Assembly: GCA_045863235.1 (NCBI GenBank)
Contig: BTUM01000009.1
Span: forward strand, 32,001-96,000
Length of the DNA stretch: 64,000 nt
Origin: Candidatus Xenobia bacterium
Lineage (GTDB): Bacteria; Vulcanimicrobiota; Xenobia; Xenobiales; QWHO01
Direction: 5' to 3'
The notes under the pieces are model-generated. The model did not search any database. It was not told the origin of the DNA and was given only the letters and a program-made list of their open reading frames with translations. Shown one piece after another: positions 62,831 through 64,000 of the stretch. Position 1 is the first letter of the stretch. Each line of letters begins with the position of its first letter. A program made the translations under genes and the position numbers.

Positions 62831-64000
62831 GCCGGCACGGGCTCCTTCTTGCGCACGGGCGGCGGAATGTAGTGGATGGGCGTGCCGAAGACGCCGTGAG
62901 CGGCCTCCATGATCGCCTCTGGCAGGGTGGGGTGGGCGTGGATGGTACGGTAGAGCTCCTCCACCGTGGCCTCGCACTGCAGGGCCACGCAGGCCTCGGC
63001 GATCAGGTCGGTGGCCGAGGGGCCTATGATGTGCACCCCGAGCAACTCGCCATATTTGCCCTCGGCCACGATCTTGACCAGCCCTTCCGTCTCGCCGATG
63101 ATGGCCGCCTTGCCCAGGGCCGCCCAGGGGAATCGGCCGACCTTGACGTCGTAACCCTTCTCGCGGGCCTCGCGCTCGGTCAGGCCCACGCTGGCCACCT
63201 CGGGATGGGTATAGGTGGCTCCCGGAATCTTGCCGTAGTCGATGGGACGCACGGCATGTCCGGCGGCGTGCTCCACCGCCAGAATCCCCTCGGCCGAGGC
63301 CACGTGGGCCAGCTGAGGGCCGGGAGTGAGGTCGCCGATGGCATAGACACCGGGCAGGTTGGTGCGCCCGAACTCGTCTACCTTGACCCGACGCCCGTCG
63401 AGCTCGATGCCCACCTCGGTCAGGCCGGCTGTATTGGGGAATCGGCCCACCGACAGCAGCAAGGTCTCGGCCTCGAGCGTCTCCTTGCTGTCCAGCGTGA
63501 GCTTCACTCCCCCGGCGGTGGTGGCGATCGTCTCCACTTTCGTGGAGGTACGGATGGGAATGCCCTGTTTGGCGAACGACCTGGTCAGTTCGGCCGAGAT
63601 CTCCTCATCTTCTGCCGGCAAGGCTCGAGGCAGCATCTCGATGACCTTCACCTTCGTCCCAAAGCGATTGTAGATGGAGGCGAACTCGAGGCCCACGGCT
63701 CCGGCCCCGATCACCAGCATGGAGGCCGGCACCCGGTCGAGCTTGAGGATCTCGTCGGAGGTGAACACCTTCACGCCATCCACCGTCACGCCAGGCAACA
63801 CGATGGGAGAAGAGCCGGTGGCCAGCACGATGGTGGTGGCCTCGAGCGGGGTCCCGTCGACTTCCAGCAGGCCGGGCTTGATGAGCCGGCCGGTGCCGGT
63901 CAGGGAGCGGATGCGACTTTTCTTGATCAGACCGTCGATGCCGCGGGCCAGCCTGGATACGGCGTCGTTCTTCTTTGCCTGCATCTTGCCAACGTCCAGG
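62827..64000 (-). CDS. lpdA: Dihydrolipoamide dehydrogenase (5' part beyond the window)
   Basis: LATGS, GAGAVGLE, YAIGD, HAHPTLPE. Confidence 0.95.
   Translation of the reverse strand, partial: LDVGKMQAKKNDAVSRLARGIDGLIKKSRIRSLTGTGRLIKPGLLEVDGTPLEATTIVLATGSSPIVLPGVTVDGVKVFTSDEILKLDRVPASMLVIGAGAVGLEFASIYNRFGTKVKVIEMLPRALPAEDEEISAELTRSFAKQGIPIRTSTKVETIATTAGGVKLTLDSKETLEAETLLLSVGRFPNTAGLTEVGIELDGRRVKVDEFGRTNLPGVYAIGDLTPGPQLAHVASAEGILAVEHAAGHAVRPIDYGKIPGATYTHPEVASVGLTEREAREKGYDVKVGRFPWAALGKAAIIGETEGLVKIVAEGKYGELLGVHIIGPSATDLIAEACVALQCEATVEELYRTIHAHPTLPEAIMEAAHGVFGTPIHYIPPPVRKKEPVPA

Noticed and set aside
58951..64000. Specific assignment as pdh, bkd or suc genes
   Set aside because: Substrate specificity cannot be determined from motifs alone.

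Overview
GC-rich bacterial chromosomal window with about 55 supportable CDS and no rRNA, tRNA or CRISPR array seen. Housekeeping content: groES-groEL, ettA, an lpd-E1a-E1b-E2-lipB 2-oxoacid dehydrogenase operon, an aminotransferase, MscS and a Gld-like ABC exporter operon. Signalling content: Ser/Thr kinase-FHA and His-kinase/Ser-Thr-kinase/response-regulator clusters, plus GGDEF and GGDEF-EAL proteins. Two things stand out. (1) A lower-GC island (~21.3-27.6 kb) is divided by four copies of an att-like core (RGAACYWACRYGG) with TGATCAC arm-like repeats into three co-oriented cassettes: a PIN pair, an NYN RNase + NACHT NTPase, and VapBC. No recombinase gene is in view. (2) A dispersed set of proteins without Sec signal peptides shares a C-terminal 'V/I-x-V/I-G-G/A-V-R-V/L..R' tail, a common N-terminal helical repeat and/or low-complexity leaders with a D/E-x-V-x-(L-S) motif. 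A NolX/HrpF-like repeat protein lies at the left edge. Together these suggest an uncharacterised export/effector system. All family assignments are by motif recognition only; no searches were run.
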